Source: an uncultured Candidatus Saccharibacteria bacterium
Lineage (GTDB): Bacteria > Patescibacteriota > Minisyncoccia > SW-4-49-11
Length of the DNA stretch: 64,000 nt
Assembly: GCA_964633865.1 (NCBI GenBank)
Contig: CAZWIJ010000004.1
Location: 35,543 to 99,542, forward strand
Direction: 5' to 3'
Position numbers and translations under genes: made by a program. This document shows positions 38,462 through 48,747 of this stretch, piece by piece; within the stretch, counting starts at the first letter, position 1, and each line of letters opens with the position of its first letter. The notes below the pieces were generated by a model. That model made no database searches. It had not been told where the DNA came from and saw nothing but the letters and a program-made list of their open reading frames with translations.

Positions 38462-40435
38462 TTATTGAGGTCCTAATGGAGTATTCTGATCTATCACAAA
38501 TCCATATTCCAAAACATCGTCAGTGACAGCACCTATTGCATCCATTGCCTCAGGAGATAATCCTGAAACTCTATCGGTAAAGATTGCAGGACCTGATTCT
38601 ATAATAGAAGCAACTACTCTTCTTCCATTTTTTGGATTTGTAACCAAAACTTTTTTATTAGTGTGCCAAGCTTTTGATGAAGATGTGTTTGATATAGTAG
38701 AGGTAAATGGTCTTGGTCTCCAAGCTATATTTTGATATTTGTATACGAATACAACTTCTTCTCCATTATTAGCATTAACTGGTCCTGTAATGGTTATATT
38801 TGAACTAACATTAGAATTTTTAAAATTTGAACTAACATCATATCCTCTTGATTCAACTTTTAAGGTTGTATCATTAATTTTTGAATAAGCAATAATTTCT
38901 GAGCCTACTTTAACATAACCTGTTGAAGGAAATTGTGTAGCATTATTTACTAAAATTTGATTATCTCCAGATCCTAAGTTAGCTCTCAATGAAGTTCTAG
39001 CCTCATACCAATTAACATAATTCCATCTCATTGTAATATAATATTTTTCAGCTTCCACACCTCCTGGAGCTATTGAGCTATTTCTACTACCTGCTGGACA
39101 ACTAGAACTAAATGCTCCACCACTGCTTAGTAATCCATTTTGCAAATCATATCTTGTCCCTGCATTTGCATAATGTTGTTCTGGTGTTTCATTACAATTT
39201 ACTGGTAAATGTTGTTCTCTAGCTGTTTTTCCTGATGTAGCTGGTATTTGATAACCTTGAAGATTAGCTGTAGTAACATCACCAACTAATTCTCCAAGTG
39301 GATGAAGAGCTATCTGATCATCAGAAGCAGATCTTACATTTTCCCATCTATAACCTAGTGCTAAAAAGATTTTATCACTACCAATTGGCCTTCTTTTTCC
39401 ATCTTCTATTAAATATACTGAAGTTCTATCTGCTATAAGAGAACCATTATTGAATCCTATTGGAACACCTTTAGAATAATTATCTATAACTCTAGATTGT
39501 AGTTGTAATATATCTTGCCAATTATATCCATATGAATTAAATATATCAGGACTTAGTATTTGTCTTAACTCATTATTTTTTACTATATATAAGGTTGGTG
39601 AGCCATAAGCTTTTAGGATACTATTTTCAGAATACTTTTTAAGCCTACTAAATATAGGTCCTTCTGCAATAATTGATAATTCATAATCAGTAGCTCTTCT
39701 CACTTGATTCCAATTAAGTCCATAGCTTTCAAATATTTCTGCAGATCCTATTGGTAATCTTTGATTATTTTGCATCAAAAAAACACTAGTATCACTAGAT
39801 ATTAAAAGACCATCTGGATAATATTGATTTTCTCCAGTTGGGAAAGAATCTATTACAGCTTGACTAACTTGAATAGAAGAACTCCATCTATATCTTGCTT
39901 CAAATATTAAAGGAGATGGAATATATCTTTTTTGACCTTTCTCCAAAACATACATATGTCCAGTTGGTCCATAAATAAGACTACCATCTGGATAATTACT
40001 ATTACTAGTTAATACATCTCCAATTGGATGGGGTTCTATTTCTCTATCCGAAACTGAAATAACATTTTCCCACTTATAACCTTTACCTAAAAAAGTTTCT
40101 CCAGAATCTATAGGTCTTCTATATGTATTAGAAACAACATATACAGTACCTCCATAAGCTAAAAGAGAGCCTTCTCTAAACTGCATTTTAGATCCTGTAG
40201 GAATAGAATCTAGATCAGTTTGAGTTGTAACAACTAAATCTTCCCATCTGAATTGAGATATTAACATTTGAGGAGATTCAATATGTCTTTTCAACCCATT
40301 TTCTATATAATATACTTTAGGATCATTTATAGATTTAACCAATAATCCATTGGGAATTTCTACTGCATCTGCATAAATTGGAAAGAAAAGCATTCCTATT
40401 ACCAATATCTTATATAACAAATTATTTTTTAGCAT
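38462..40435 (-). CDS. Secreted protein with six ~60-aa repeats and a C-terminal RlpA/expansin-like double-psi barrel
   Basis: Signal peptide, repeats G.Li....VY.IE.G.KR.I.S...F...GY.W..V, and C-terminal KVLVTNPKNGRRVVASIIESGP...R...LSPEAM..IG. Confidence 0.7.
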   Translation of the reverse strand: MLKNNLLYKILVIGMLFFPIYADAVEIPNGLLVKSINDPKVYYIENGLKRHIESPQMLISQFRWEDLVVTTQTDLDSIPTGSKMQFREGSLLAYGGTVYVVSNTYRRPIDSGETFLGKGYKWENVISVSDREIEPHPIGDVLTSNSNYPDGSLIYGPTGHMYVLEKGQKRYIPSPLIFEARYRWSSSIQVSQAVIDSFPTGENQYYPDGLLISSDTSVFLMQNNQRLPIGSAEIFESYGLNWNQVRRATDYELSIIAEGPIFSRLKKYSENSILKAYGSPTLYIVKNNELRQILSPDIFNSYGYNWQDILQLQSRVIDNYSKGVPIGFNNGSLIADRTSVYLIEDGKRRPIGSDKIFLALGYRWENVRSASDDQIALHPLGELVGDVTTANLQGYQIPATSGKTAREQHLPVNCNETPEQHYANAGTRYDLQNGLLSSGGAFSSSCPAGSRNSSIAPGGVEAEKYYITMRWNYVNWYEARTSLRANLGSGDNQILVNNATQFPSTGYVKVGSEIIAYSKINDTTLKVESRGYDVSSNFKNSNVSSNITITGPVNANNGEEVVFVYKYQNIAWRPRPFTSTISNTSSSKAWHTNKKVLVTNPKNGRRVVASIIESGPAIFTDRVSGLSPEAMDAIGAVTDDVLEYGFVIDQNTPLGPQ

Positions 40436-40444
40436 ATGTTTTAA

Positions 40445-40678
40445 TTATTTTAAATTTATATTATTTTTAATTATAGATAATAAGTATAAAACAATACCTA
40501 CAACTATAAATAAAAAACCAAAAACAACTAGGATTGGAACAATTATCATCTGAATAAACTTAATTATTAGTGATAATAAAACAAATATAGTTCCTAATAT
40601 AATTAAAAATTTTGGATTTAAATTAGAATATATATTTTTATAACTATTTGAATCTTTGTCTACTATTTTTACTTTCAT
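40445..40678 (-). CDS. Small two-TM hypothetical protein
   Basis: Hydrophobic ORF with tight operon spacing. Confidence 0.65.
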   Translation of the reverse strand: MKVKIVDKDSNSYKNIYSNLNPKFLIILGTIFVLLSLIIKFIQMIIVPILVVFGFLFIVVGIVLYLLSIIKNNINLK

Positions 40679-40684
40679 AAATAA

Positions 40685-41338
40685 CTATTCTTTAATAATC
40701 TCTATTGTATTAATTTTCACATTTTCAATAGGTAAATCATTATAATCTACTTCAACATTTTCAATAGCTTCTACTACTTCCATTCCTTCTACAACTTTAC
40801 CAAAATTAGTATGAGCTCCATCTAACCAAGGAGTTGATTCTGCTGTTACTATAAAAAATTGTGATCCATTTGTATTTTTACCAGAATTAGCCATAGCTAT
40901 ACTACCTTTTACTAATTTTTCATCATTAAATTCATCATCAAACTTAAAGTCTGGTCCACCAGTACCAAAGATACTTTTCTTACTTGGATCTTTAGTTAAT
41001 GGGTCTCCACCCTGAATCATAAAATCTTTAATAACTCTATGAAATAGAATATCATCATAATAGTCATCTCTAACAAAATCCATTATATATCCTACTGTTT
41101 TTGGAGATTTATCCTTAAAAAGTTCTACTGTAATGTCACCTTTGCTTGTATTAATTTTTATTAGCGGGTTTATAACATCATTCATATTATTATCATTAAT
41201 AGTATCATCTTCTTTTATATCACTTAGATTTGCTTCTAGATTTGGGTCTTTTGTATAACTCGAATTATTACTTATAACCTTAGACAATCCAAATCCAAAG
41301 AGTACAAATCCAATAAAAAAGTATATATATTGTTTCAT
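40685..41338 (-). CDS. Cyclophilin-type peptidyl-prolyl isomerase with N-terminal anchor
   Basis: FHRVIKDFMIQGGDP, AMANSG, NGSQFFI, WLDGAHTNFG. Confidence 0.95.
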   Translation of the reverse strand: MKQYIYFFIGFVLFGFGLSKVISNNSSYTKDPNLEANLSDIKEDDTINDNNMNDVINPLIKINTSKGDITVELFKDKSPKTVGYIMDFVRDDYYDDILFHRVIKDFMIQGGDPLTKDPSKKSIFGTGGPDFKFDDEFNDEKLVKGSIAMANSGKNTNGSQFFIVTAESTPWLDGAHTNFGKVVEGMEVVEAIENVEVDYNDLPIENVKINTIEIIKE

Positions 41339-41393
41339 AAATTTATATTAATTATTACACACTATATTATATATTATAGCAAATTTTTTTAAA

Positions 41394-42659
41394 TTAATAA
41401 ATCATTTTTTCAAAAGTTTTATTTCCTTCTCTTTTAATATAACATTTTTCTGGGAATAACACATAAAAAGTGGTTCCTTGATTTTGATGAGATGAAAACC
41501 ATATATCTCCATGAATCTCTTTCAAAATTGATTTTACTAAGTATAATCCTAAACCTGTTCCATCAGTATCTACATCATACACATTATCTGCTCTAAATAG
41601 TTTAGTAAATATTTTATCTTTTTGTTTTTCTGGTATACCAATACCAGAGTCTTTAACTGATAGTAAAATATTATTTGATCTAATTGATTTATCTTGAAAA
41701 GAAACTTCTTTTTTTATTGATAAGGATACTTCTATACTTCCTTTGTTTTTAGTATATTTAATTGCATTAGAAAATATATTTTGAAAAATTACCCTTATTA
41801 GAACTTCATCTCCAATATACATTTCTGGTATTTTTTTATCAATTTTAACAATAAATTTTATTTTCTTCTCTTTTATAATACCTTTAAATTCTGATTCTAA
41901 ATCTTTAATCATATGTCTTATGTTGAAATTAGATGGAGTTATTGCAAATGAACCTAATTCTAATCTAGATACATTTAATAAAGAGTTTACTAAATTAATC
42001 ATTCTACCAGTTGATTTTTGAATTTCTTGAATAAACTCTCTACTATCATCTGATAAACTATCACTTAATAATTCAGCATACCATCTAATTGAAGTAAGTG
42101 GGGTTTTTAATTGATGAGAAGCTAGAGATACAAACTCAGTCTTAACTTTATCAATTTCAATTTCCTGAGTTATATCGGTAATAATACCAAACATAAAGGG
42201 ATTCGTCTCTACAATATGATACATTCCTTTAATTCTTATATATCTCTGTTTATCATTATTTATAAAAGTTATTTCTTCAGAAAATGTAATTTCTTTTTCT
42301 ATAGAATCTCTAATTGCATTTGATAACTTTTTTAATTCATTTTTAGGTATAATTTTTTCTAAATCTTTCCAAGAAACTTTATTATAGTATCTTCTAGTAT
42401 TTATTCCTAATATATTCAATACTAATTTATCACATATAAAATATTTATCTTTTAAAGTATAATTCCATGTTCCAATTCCTCCTGCTTCTGAAGATAGCCT
42501 AAATCTTTCTGCTATAAAATCTTTCTCTTCTCTTTCTAATTGATAATCTTCTAAAATATTAATTATAGCTAACTTAGTATCTTCAATATGAGATAATTGA
42601 TTTTTTAATCTAATATTATCTTCAATTAAAGAATCTATCTTCTCAAGATTTTTATTCAT
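41394..42659 (-). CDS. Cytoplasmic PAS sensor histidine kinase
   Basis: PAS (GIGTWNY...DIT), H-box SHQLKTPLT, N-box NAIKYT, DSGIGIP, GTGLGL. Confidence 0.93.
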   Translation of the reverse strand: MNKNLEKIDSLIEDNIRLKNQLSHIEDTKLAIINILEDYQLEREEKDFIAERFRLSSEAGGIGTWNYTLKDKYFICDKLVLNILGINTRRYYNKVSWKDLEKIIPKNELKKLSNAIRDSIEKEITFSEEITFINNDKQRYIRIKGMYHIVETNPFMFGIITDITQEIEIDKVKTEFVSLASHQLKTPLTSIRWYAELLSDSLSDDSREFIQEIQKSTGRMINLVNSLLNVSRLELGSFAITPSNFNIRHMIKDLESEFKGIIKEKKIKFIVKIDKKIPEMYIGDEVLIRVIFQNIFSNAIKYTKNKGSIEVSLSIKKEVSFQDKSIRSNNILLSVKDSGIGIPEKQKDKIFTKLFRADNVYDVDTDGTGLGLYLVKSILKEIHGDIWFSSHQNQGTTFYVLFPEKCYIKREGNKTFEKMIY

Positions 42660-43140
42660 TATTATTTAATTTATCCTTTAATATATTTATTTCTTTTTTC
42701 AACTCAATCATCTTTAATTCTCTACCTATCATCAACTTATTTAATCTCTCTACCTCTTTCAAGTTTAATTCTAATGATTCTATCATTTTATTTCTTTCAG
42801 TAATATTTTTAACTACTCCATATATCATATTATTTTTAAGATTTTTATTAATAAACCACTCAAAATATAGAATCTCATTTTTTTTAGAAAGAAACCTAAT
42901 TTGAGAATTACTAATCTCTATATTATCTGAAAACAAAAAGTCTTTTGCTAAATCTCTATCATCTTTATAAATAAATTTTAATATATTCTTATTTAAAATA
43001 TCTTCTTCCATATAACCAGTTATGATAGTTAATAATTTATTAACATTAAAGATTTTATTTTCACTATAATTGATTATAATCATCATTACAGCTCCTGTCT
43101 CAAAAAAATGACATTTTTGTTCTTTATTATCCATATTCAT
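42652..43140 (-). CDS. Stand-alone PAS protein with C-terminal coiled coil
   Basis: PAS pattern (VN...TGY..E...NITER) and tail RLNKLMIGRELKMIELKKEI. Confidence 0.8.
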   Translation of the reverse strand: MNMDNKEQKCHFFETGAVMMIIINYSENKIFNVNKLLTIITGYMEEDILNKNILKFIYKDDRDLAKDFLFSDNIEISNSQIRFLSKKNEILYFEWFINKNLKNNMIYGVVKNITERNKMIESLELNLKEVERLNKLMIGRELKMIELKKEINILKDKLNNNE

Positions 43141-43144
43141 ATAT

Positions 43145-43597
43145 TTATAATGTTATTTTTATTTCAACTTTTAATTCTGCTAATGGTGCTACAGTTATAA
43201 TTCTATTATTTTGAACCGCTACTTTGTATCCTGTGCTATATGGTTTACTAACAAAAGGATCTTTAGGTAATTCTACAAAATATGCATCATAATTTACTAT
43301 ATCTCCAAGATATAGAAGATTATGATCTCCACATACTGTTTTGTCTACAACAGCACAAATTTCTTGGAAATTACTACTTAAACCTTCTGGTAATTTATCA
43401 TTTTCTATATTATAAGCATAGAGAACTTGTGCTATATTAAGAATTTCAGATTTTCTCTCTCCATTTCTAATAACTGGTAAATATTCTGCCACTTGTTTCT
43501 GTATAAATATTACATATATAATCATAACCATAACAGCTATTGATAAAACTATTTCTAAATATGTAAATCCTTTTTTTCTATTTGATAACTTTTTCAT
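43145..43597 (-). CDS. Type IV pilin-like protein
   Basis: KKG|FTYLE, hydrophobic helix, EIC..C, LPKDP, TGY. Confidence 0.85.
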   Translation of the reverse strand: MKKLSNRKKGFTYLEIVLSIAVMVMIIYVIFIQKQVAEYLPVIRNGERKSEILNIAQVLYAYNIENDKLPEGLSSNFQEICAVVDKTVCGDHNLLYLGDIVNYDAYFVELPKDPFVSKPYSTGYKVAVQNNRIITVAPLAELKVEIKITL

Positions 43598-43644
43598 AAA
43601 AATATTTAAGTTTAATTATATTGTTATTTTTATTCTGTAAAAAA

Positions 43645-44751
43645 TTATAACCCATATCTTCCACGGAGAGCATCAAAGTTCTGTTGAATTTCTGGTCCAG
43701 TGAGAGCTTTATCATACACTTTAATAGAATAAATATCTCCTATAATTCTTCTAAAAGAACTTGATCTTTCATCACCAAAGGAAGTTATATTAGAAAAATT
43801 TGAAGGTGTAGATACTAAAGGTTGAGAAACTCTTTGGACTCCATCAACATAAGCCGTTTGATTTACCCCATCCCAAGTAAGAACAATTTGCCTAACAGTA
43901 TTTGAATCTCCTATTATACCAGTTCCCATATTTAACCAAGAACCATTAAATGAAGCATAAATTTCTCCATTCTGCAAAGGTTGACTAGCTACAGTATTTC
44001 CAGCATATCCAATTCCAAGGTAAGCAGTTCCAATCCAATTATTCAAACTATTATTATGTAATATATATCCAATCCCAACATCAGAACTTGGAGAAGAAAT
44101 AGCTTTAACCCAAACTTCATAAGTCTGAGGTGAATTAGATGTTATAGGAGATGTAAAAGTTCCTCTATCATCAATTCCATCAAATGTCAAAGAACCTTGA
44201 TTAGCAGAATTAAAACCTACTCCATTCAAAAGAGTAGCATCATTTCCAATACTTGCTAAATTTGTCCAATTAGTTCCTGCTCCAGGATATGATGATGGAT
44301 CACCAGCATCCAAATTTAAAACTAATCCATCAGTAACTATACTATTATTTACTTCTACAAAATTTATAACCTTATTCCAAGAAGTTACTTCTACAGCTAA
44401 TCCTATACTTACAATACCTACAAATCTCTGAACAAAATCATCTTTATCTATCCTTATTTCTAATCTTTTCTCTGTAGGTGAATTATCACTTACACTATAA
44501 GTACAGGTTCCACTAACAACATCAGTAGCTGTATAACTAGTATCATTGAAAATTTCAAGCAAAATATTTTCTCTACAATTAATTGCATCTGATTCTATTA
44601 TAACTTGTGTATTATTGGAATAATTTCTATAGATAGATTCGAAACTCATATTAAATAAAGTTAAACTTATACCCAAGGTAACTGTCATTATTATTAGAAC
44701 TGTCATTAATGTAATATATCCTTTTTTCATAGATTTAGAGTGTTTTATCAA
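43645..44751 (-). CDS. PilX-like minor pilin fused to a LamG/concanavalin-A-like domain
   Basis: KKG|YITLM (no Glu5, typical of PilX/GspK). C-terminal DGLVLNLDAG...FDGIDD...YVDGV...YDKALT..EI.QNF. Confidence 0.8.
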   Translation of the reverse strand: MIKHSKSMKKGYITLMTVLIIMTVTLGISLTLFNMSFESIYRNYSNNTQVIIESDAINCRENILLEIFNDTSYTATDVVSGTCTYSVSDNSPTEKRLEIRIDKDDFVQRFVGIVSIGLAVEVTSWNKVINFVEVNNSIVTDGLVLNLDAGDPSSYPGAGTNWTNLASIGNDATLLNGVGFNSANQGSLTFDGIDDRGTFTSPITSNSPQTYEVWVKAISSPSSDVGIGYILHNNSLNNWIGTAYLGIGYAGNTVASQPLQNGEIYASFNGSWLNMGTGIIGDSNTVRQIVLTWDGVNQTAYVDGVQRVSQPLVSTPSNFSNITSFGDERSSSFRRIIGDIYSIKVYDKALTGPEIQQNFDALRGRYGL

Positions 44752-45208
44752 AATTTAGTTGATATTTTAGTGTTTGTCTACTATTAGTAAGGTATGTGGC
44801 ATCCATATTGACTGTAATAGAATCATTATCTATCGTTCCTTTATTCTCAAATAATAAATTTGTAATAGAAATTTCATCTATATGTAAAGGAATTATCCCG
44901 TTAACACTACTTTCTACAAAAATCCCTGATTGAACTTCATATGTATAAGTAATACCTCCACTAACTAAAACTAAACTAGTTTGACTTGTATTAGGAGTTG
45001 GAGAAGTAATACTAGTTGCTGTATCTATTCTATGAGATATATGTTGTAGAGCTGCATCTGTCCCCATTTGAACTTGATTCATAGCAAGGGTTTTTTCTCT
45101 AACTGTAATTGTTGTAACATATACTTGTGATAGAGCTAGTGTTACAACTCCAATTAAAGATACCCCTAACATCAACTCTAATAATGATAAACCTTTTTTC
45201 TTTTTCAT
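44735..45208 (-). CDS. PilW-like minor pilin
   Basis: KKG|LSLLE motif and position in the minor pilin cluster. Confidence 0.8.
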   Translation of the reverse strand: MKKKKGLSLLELMLGVSLIGVVTLALSQVYVTTITVREKTLAMNQVQMGTDAALQHISHRIDTATSITSPTPNTSQTSLVLVSGGITYTYEVQSGIFVESSVNGIIPLHIDEISITNLLFENKGTIDNDSITVNMDATYLTNSRQTLKYQLNFDKTL

Positions 45209-47304
45209 TATGGTATTATTAAACTAGCTGGTTTTGTTGTCCCATCACTGAATACAAGAATAAAACTAAGAGTACTTCCAGCAGATAATGCTCCATTAAA
45301 TCTAAATTCCAAAGGATAATCTGCATAAAGATCAAAATCTGTGATATTAGCATTATAAGGTGAAGTATTATTATAACTACCAGCAGTAGCATTATTAACA
45401 CGAATACTACTTAATCTTCGATTTCCAGTACTATTCCAAGTTATATTGTTTATATTTGTAACTCTAACTCTACAACCAGAATTATTTCTAATTCTTATAT
45501 TGCTTAAATTCCTTCTGTTTCCCGATATTGTAATTTGAGACACATCTACAGTTGTAGTATTCGCCTGATTCGTACATAAATTTATGTCTGTACTAAAATT
45601 AAATGAAGGTACTACATAAGATGACCCATCAGCAAAGACTAATCTAAACGAATTATTACTATTAAAAATTGTTCCAGAAAACTGAAAAAGTAATTCTTGA
45701 GTATTCTCTATATTTGTATTATTGATAGGAATATTTCTACCCAAAACTGTATCTCTAGTTAGATTCCCAGTCCATACATTAAGAGAATTGTCAGTTCTAT
45801 TAATAAATTTAGGTCCAATTTTAATAGAAGCTAAATTAACATTTGTGGTCCAAATAAATTCATTAATATCGGTTAAAACAACTGGACAAGCTGTTCCTGT
45901 AGTATTAACTAACTCTATCCCCCTTATTATCCTATTATCGGAAGTTAGGCTATTTGAAGTAGTATCAGGGAAAGCGGTATTTATGATATTAGCCTGGAAA
46001 TTTTGAGCTTGAGTATTAGAAATACAAGGATCTATTGGTAAAGAAATTATACCACTATCAAGTGTTGATCCATCAGTAAAGACTACTGTGAATGAGATAT
46101 TTTGTGCAGTCATTGGAGCATTGTATTGTAAAACTAACTCCTTAGTGTTTGTTATAACTGTATTTGTAACATCAATATTATGACCTGGACTAGACAAAGG
46201 AGCTAAATTACCTGTCCATACATTAACAGTATTATTTAAATCTCCTATTTTGATTGCTGATAGGTTATTACTTTGCCATAATAAAGAGTTTATGCCGTCT
46301 ACCTCAATATTACAAGTTGTACCTGTATTATTAATAAGTCTTATTCCTCTTATCATTCTATTTTGACTTACACCTATAGAATCAAATGACCAATTACTGG
46401 TATCCAAAGTTGTATTCTGTGCTTGAGTGAATACACAAGGATCTAAATCAGAATAAATCACTCCACTATTCAAAACTGATCCATCACTAAATATTACCGC
46501 GAAAGTTAAACTCTGCCCCGTCATCTGACTATCAAACAAAAATGCTAGTTCATGAGTTCCCGTTATATCTTGATCATTTATATCTATATTTTTATTTGAA
46601 GGAGACTCTGTACCAGACCAAATATTAAAGTTGGAGTCTAATTTGTCAAAACCTTCTGCTCCAAATTTTACATTGGTTAAGTTATTATTTTGCCATTCAA
46701 CAGAGTTTATATTTGTTGCTTGAATATTACAATCACTAGAATTATTATTAATTAATCTTATTCCTCGAATTAAGCGAGATCTATTAGATGGAGAATTATC
46801 ATTGGTAGCAGATTCTATAGAAAAACTACTTATGTCTAATGTAGTATTCTCAGCCTGAGTACCTAAACATGTTATCAAAGGTTCTTGCCAACTTTTATAT
46901 GTTACTTGAGAAGATAGACTATCACCTCTTCCATTTTTACCAATCCAAGTGATATTGATAACAGCTTGTACCGTATCAGAATCTGGTTGAGTTAGAGTTA
47001 CTGATCTTTGGTAGTCTCCTAAAGTTTCTACTCCAGAAATTAATGCCCAATTACTTCCAAGTGTAAATCCAAGCGGTGTCGCAGTAGAATAACCAACTAA
47101 TCTATCATATTTCAAAGTATCTAATGCTCTTGTAGCTTCTTGCAAATATTCATAACCTTGTGTCCTTTCTCCTTTAACAAGAATACTTCTTTGATATTCT
47201 GTAATTGTTCCAACTATACCAACAATTACAAAACCTGTTAAGCCTATTGATAAAACTATTTCTAATAATGAAAAACCTTTATTTTTTTTAAATAACAAGC
47301 CCAT
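45208..47304 (-). CDS. PilV-like minor pilin with four ~140-aa C-terminal repeats
   Basis: KG|FSLLE, and four units C..TQA.N.t.D...R.IRGIRLiN....C...W...L...F.DG. Confidence 0.8.
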   Translation of the reverse strand: MGLLFKKNKGFSLLEIVLSIGLTGFVIVGIVGTITEYQRSILVKGERTQGYEYLQEATRALDTLKYDRLVGYSTATPLGFTLGSNWALISGVETLGDYQRSVTLTQPDSDTVQAVINITWIGKNGRGDSLSSQVTYKSWQEPLITCLGTQAENTTLDISSFSIESATNDNSPSNRSRLIRGIRLINNNSSDCNIQATNINSVEWQNNNLTNVKFGAEGFDKLDSNFNIWSGTESPSNKNIDINDQDITGTHELAFLFDSQMTGQSLTFAVIFSDGSVLNSGVIYSDLDPCVFTQAQNTTLDTSNWSFDSIGVSQNRMIRGIRLINNTGTTCNIEVDGINSLLWQSNNLSAIKIGDLNNTVNVWTGNLAPLSSPGHNIDVTNTVITNTKELVLQYNAPMTAQNISFTVVFTDGSTLDSGIISLPIDPCISNTQAQNFQANIINTAFPDTTSNSLTSDNRIIRGIELVNTTGTACPVVLTDINEFIWTTNVNLASIKIGPKFINRTDNSLNVWTGNLTRDTVLGRNIPINNTNIENTQELLFQFSGTIFNSNNSFRLVFADGSSYVVPSFNFSTDINLCTNQANTTTVDVSQITISGNRRNLSNIRIRNNSGCRVRVTNINNITWNSTGNRRLSSIRVNNATAGSYNNTSPYNANITDFDLYADYPLEFRFNGALSAGSTLSFILVFSDGTTKPASLIIP

Positions 47305-47698
47305 ATTGATTTATATTAATTATTTTGTCTATTGTAAGATTTATTGTAGTATCAGTTGAAAGTCCTGTCACTCTATCAAATGTAACTATAATTGGAGATC
47401 CCATACTTATATTTTTCAAATCATAAATCTGATCAAAATTTGTATCTCTATTATTATAATCATCTCCCAAAAAAACTATTGCTGATGAAGAATCTATTCT
47501 TACAGACCAATCAGAATCCTCCAATCCAAATACAGCTTTTTCTCTTGCCACTCTTAGAGCTAAAATTACATTAATTTCTGAATTTCTCTGTTCATTTTTT
47601 TCTATCACTTCTATAGATATTGGAAGGGAAAAGGATACTAATATTCCAATAACAGCAATTGTCAACATTATTTCTAATAAAGAAAATGCTTCTTTCAT
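47288..47698 (-). CDS. FimT/GspH-like minor pilin
   Basis: EA|FSLLE, LRVAREKAV, VTFDRVTG. Confidence 0.8.
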   Translation of the reverse strand: MKEAFSLLEIMLTIAVIGILVSFSLPISIEVIEKNEQRNSEINVILALRVAREKAVFGLEDSDWSVRIDSSSAIVFLGDDYNNRDTNFDQIYDLKNISMGSPIIVTFDRVTGLSTDTTINLTIDKIININQYGLVI

Positions 47699-47699
47699 A

Positions 47700-48743
47700 T
47701 TACAATCCTTTTAATAATGAATACATAGGTCCTATAATAGAATAAGCCAATCCCAAAACTGCAAACCAAACTATAATCAGAATAGCTGGTTCTAATATGC
47801 TTGGAATAGATTTTGCTAATCTATACAATTCTTTCTCATATCTTATACCTATTTTTTGAAACACAGTTAAAAAACTTCCTGATTTTTCTGCAAATACAAT
47901 CATAGCAGGAACTTGATCAGGAAACAGCATTTCTGTTTCTGGAATAGATTTGATAACTTCATCCATTGTTTTTCCTTCATCTATTAAATCTATAACTTTT
48001 TGATAATACTCCTTATAATAATGATTATCAGAAACTCCTTTTAATAAAGTTAAAGCTTCTGTAAAAGGATATCCAGCATTTAGTAAGCTTCCTAACATAT
48101 ATCCCATTCTTGATGATTCTGCTGATATAACAATTTTTTTTATTAGCGGTGTAGATAATTGTATTCTCTCACCAATAAATTTAGTTTTCTTATTGAAAAA
48201 TAAAAAATAAAAAGCAATTAACATAAATAAAACTACAGCTGGAACAAAAATCATTCCCCACTTAGCAAAAAAATTTCCAATAGAAATTAAAATTTGTGTT
48301 TGAATTGGTATTTCAACTCTCAAAACTAAAAATGATTCTGTTAATTTTGGTAAAACAAACCACATAATTCCAAGCCCAACAAAGAAAGTTGTTAATAAAA
48401 CAAATACAGGATAGGTTAACACTGTAATAATTTTATTATTTAAAGAGAACCTTTTTTCTTCATTAATCAGAGCCAGTTTGAAATTTTCTTGTAGACTACC
48501 ACTTTCCTCGCCTATCTTAATAAGAGAAACCACATAATGTGGAAATATTTTATTTTTATCAAAAGACTCCCATAATAAATTTCCTTCTTCAACTAAACTA
48601 ACCACATTTTCAAAAGCTTTTTTTAAATCTTTATCTTTTATTTTTTTCGATACTTCTGAAATAGATTCTACTATAGATATCCCAGATTCAGACAAATTAT
48701 AAATATTTTCTAATGCATAAAATGCTTGTTTTTGATTTATCAT
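47700..48743 (-). CDS. pilC: Type IV pilus / T2SS platform protein (PilC/GspF)
   Basis: Two T2SSF repeats (IGEESGSL, AEKSGSF), LTYP, LEP. Confidence 0.9.
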   Translation of the reverse strand: MINQKQAFYALENIYNLSESGISIVESISEVSKKIKDKDLKKAFENVVSLVEEGNLLWESFDKNKIFPHYVVSLIKIGEESGSLQENFKLALINEEKRFSLNNKIITVLTYPVFVLLTTFFVGLGIMWFVLPKLTESFLVLRVEIPIQTQILISIGNFFAKWGMIFVPAVVLFMLIAFYFLFFNKKTKFIGERIQLSTPLIKKIVISAESSRMGYMLGSLLNAGYPFTEALTLLKGVSDNHYYKEYYQKVIDLIDEGKTMDEVIKSIPETEMLFPDQVPAMIVFAEKSGSFLTVFQKIGIRYEKELYRLAKSIPSILEPAILIIVWFAVLGLAYSIIGPMYSLLKGL

Positions 48744-48747
48744 ATAT

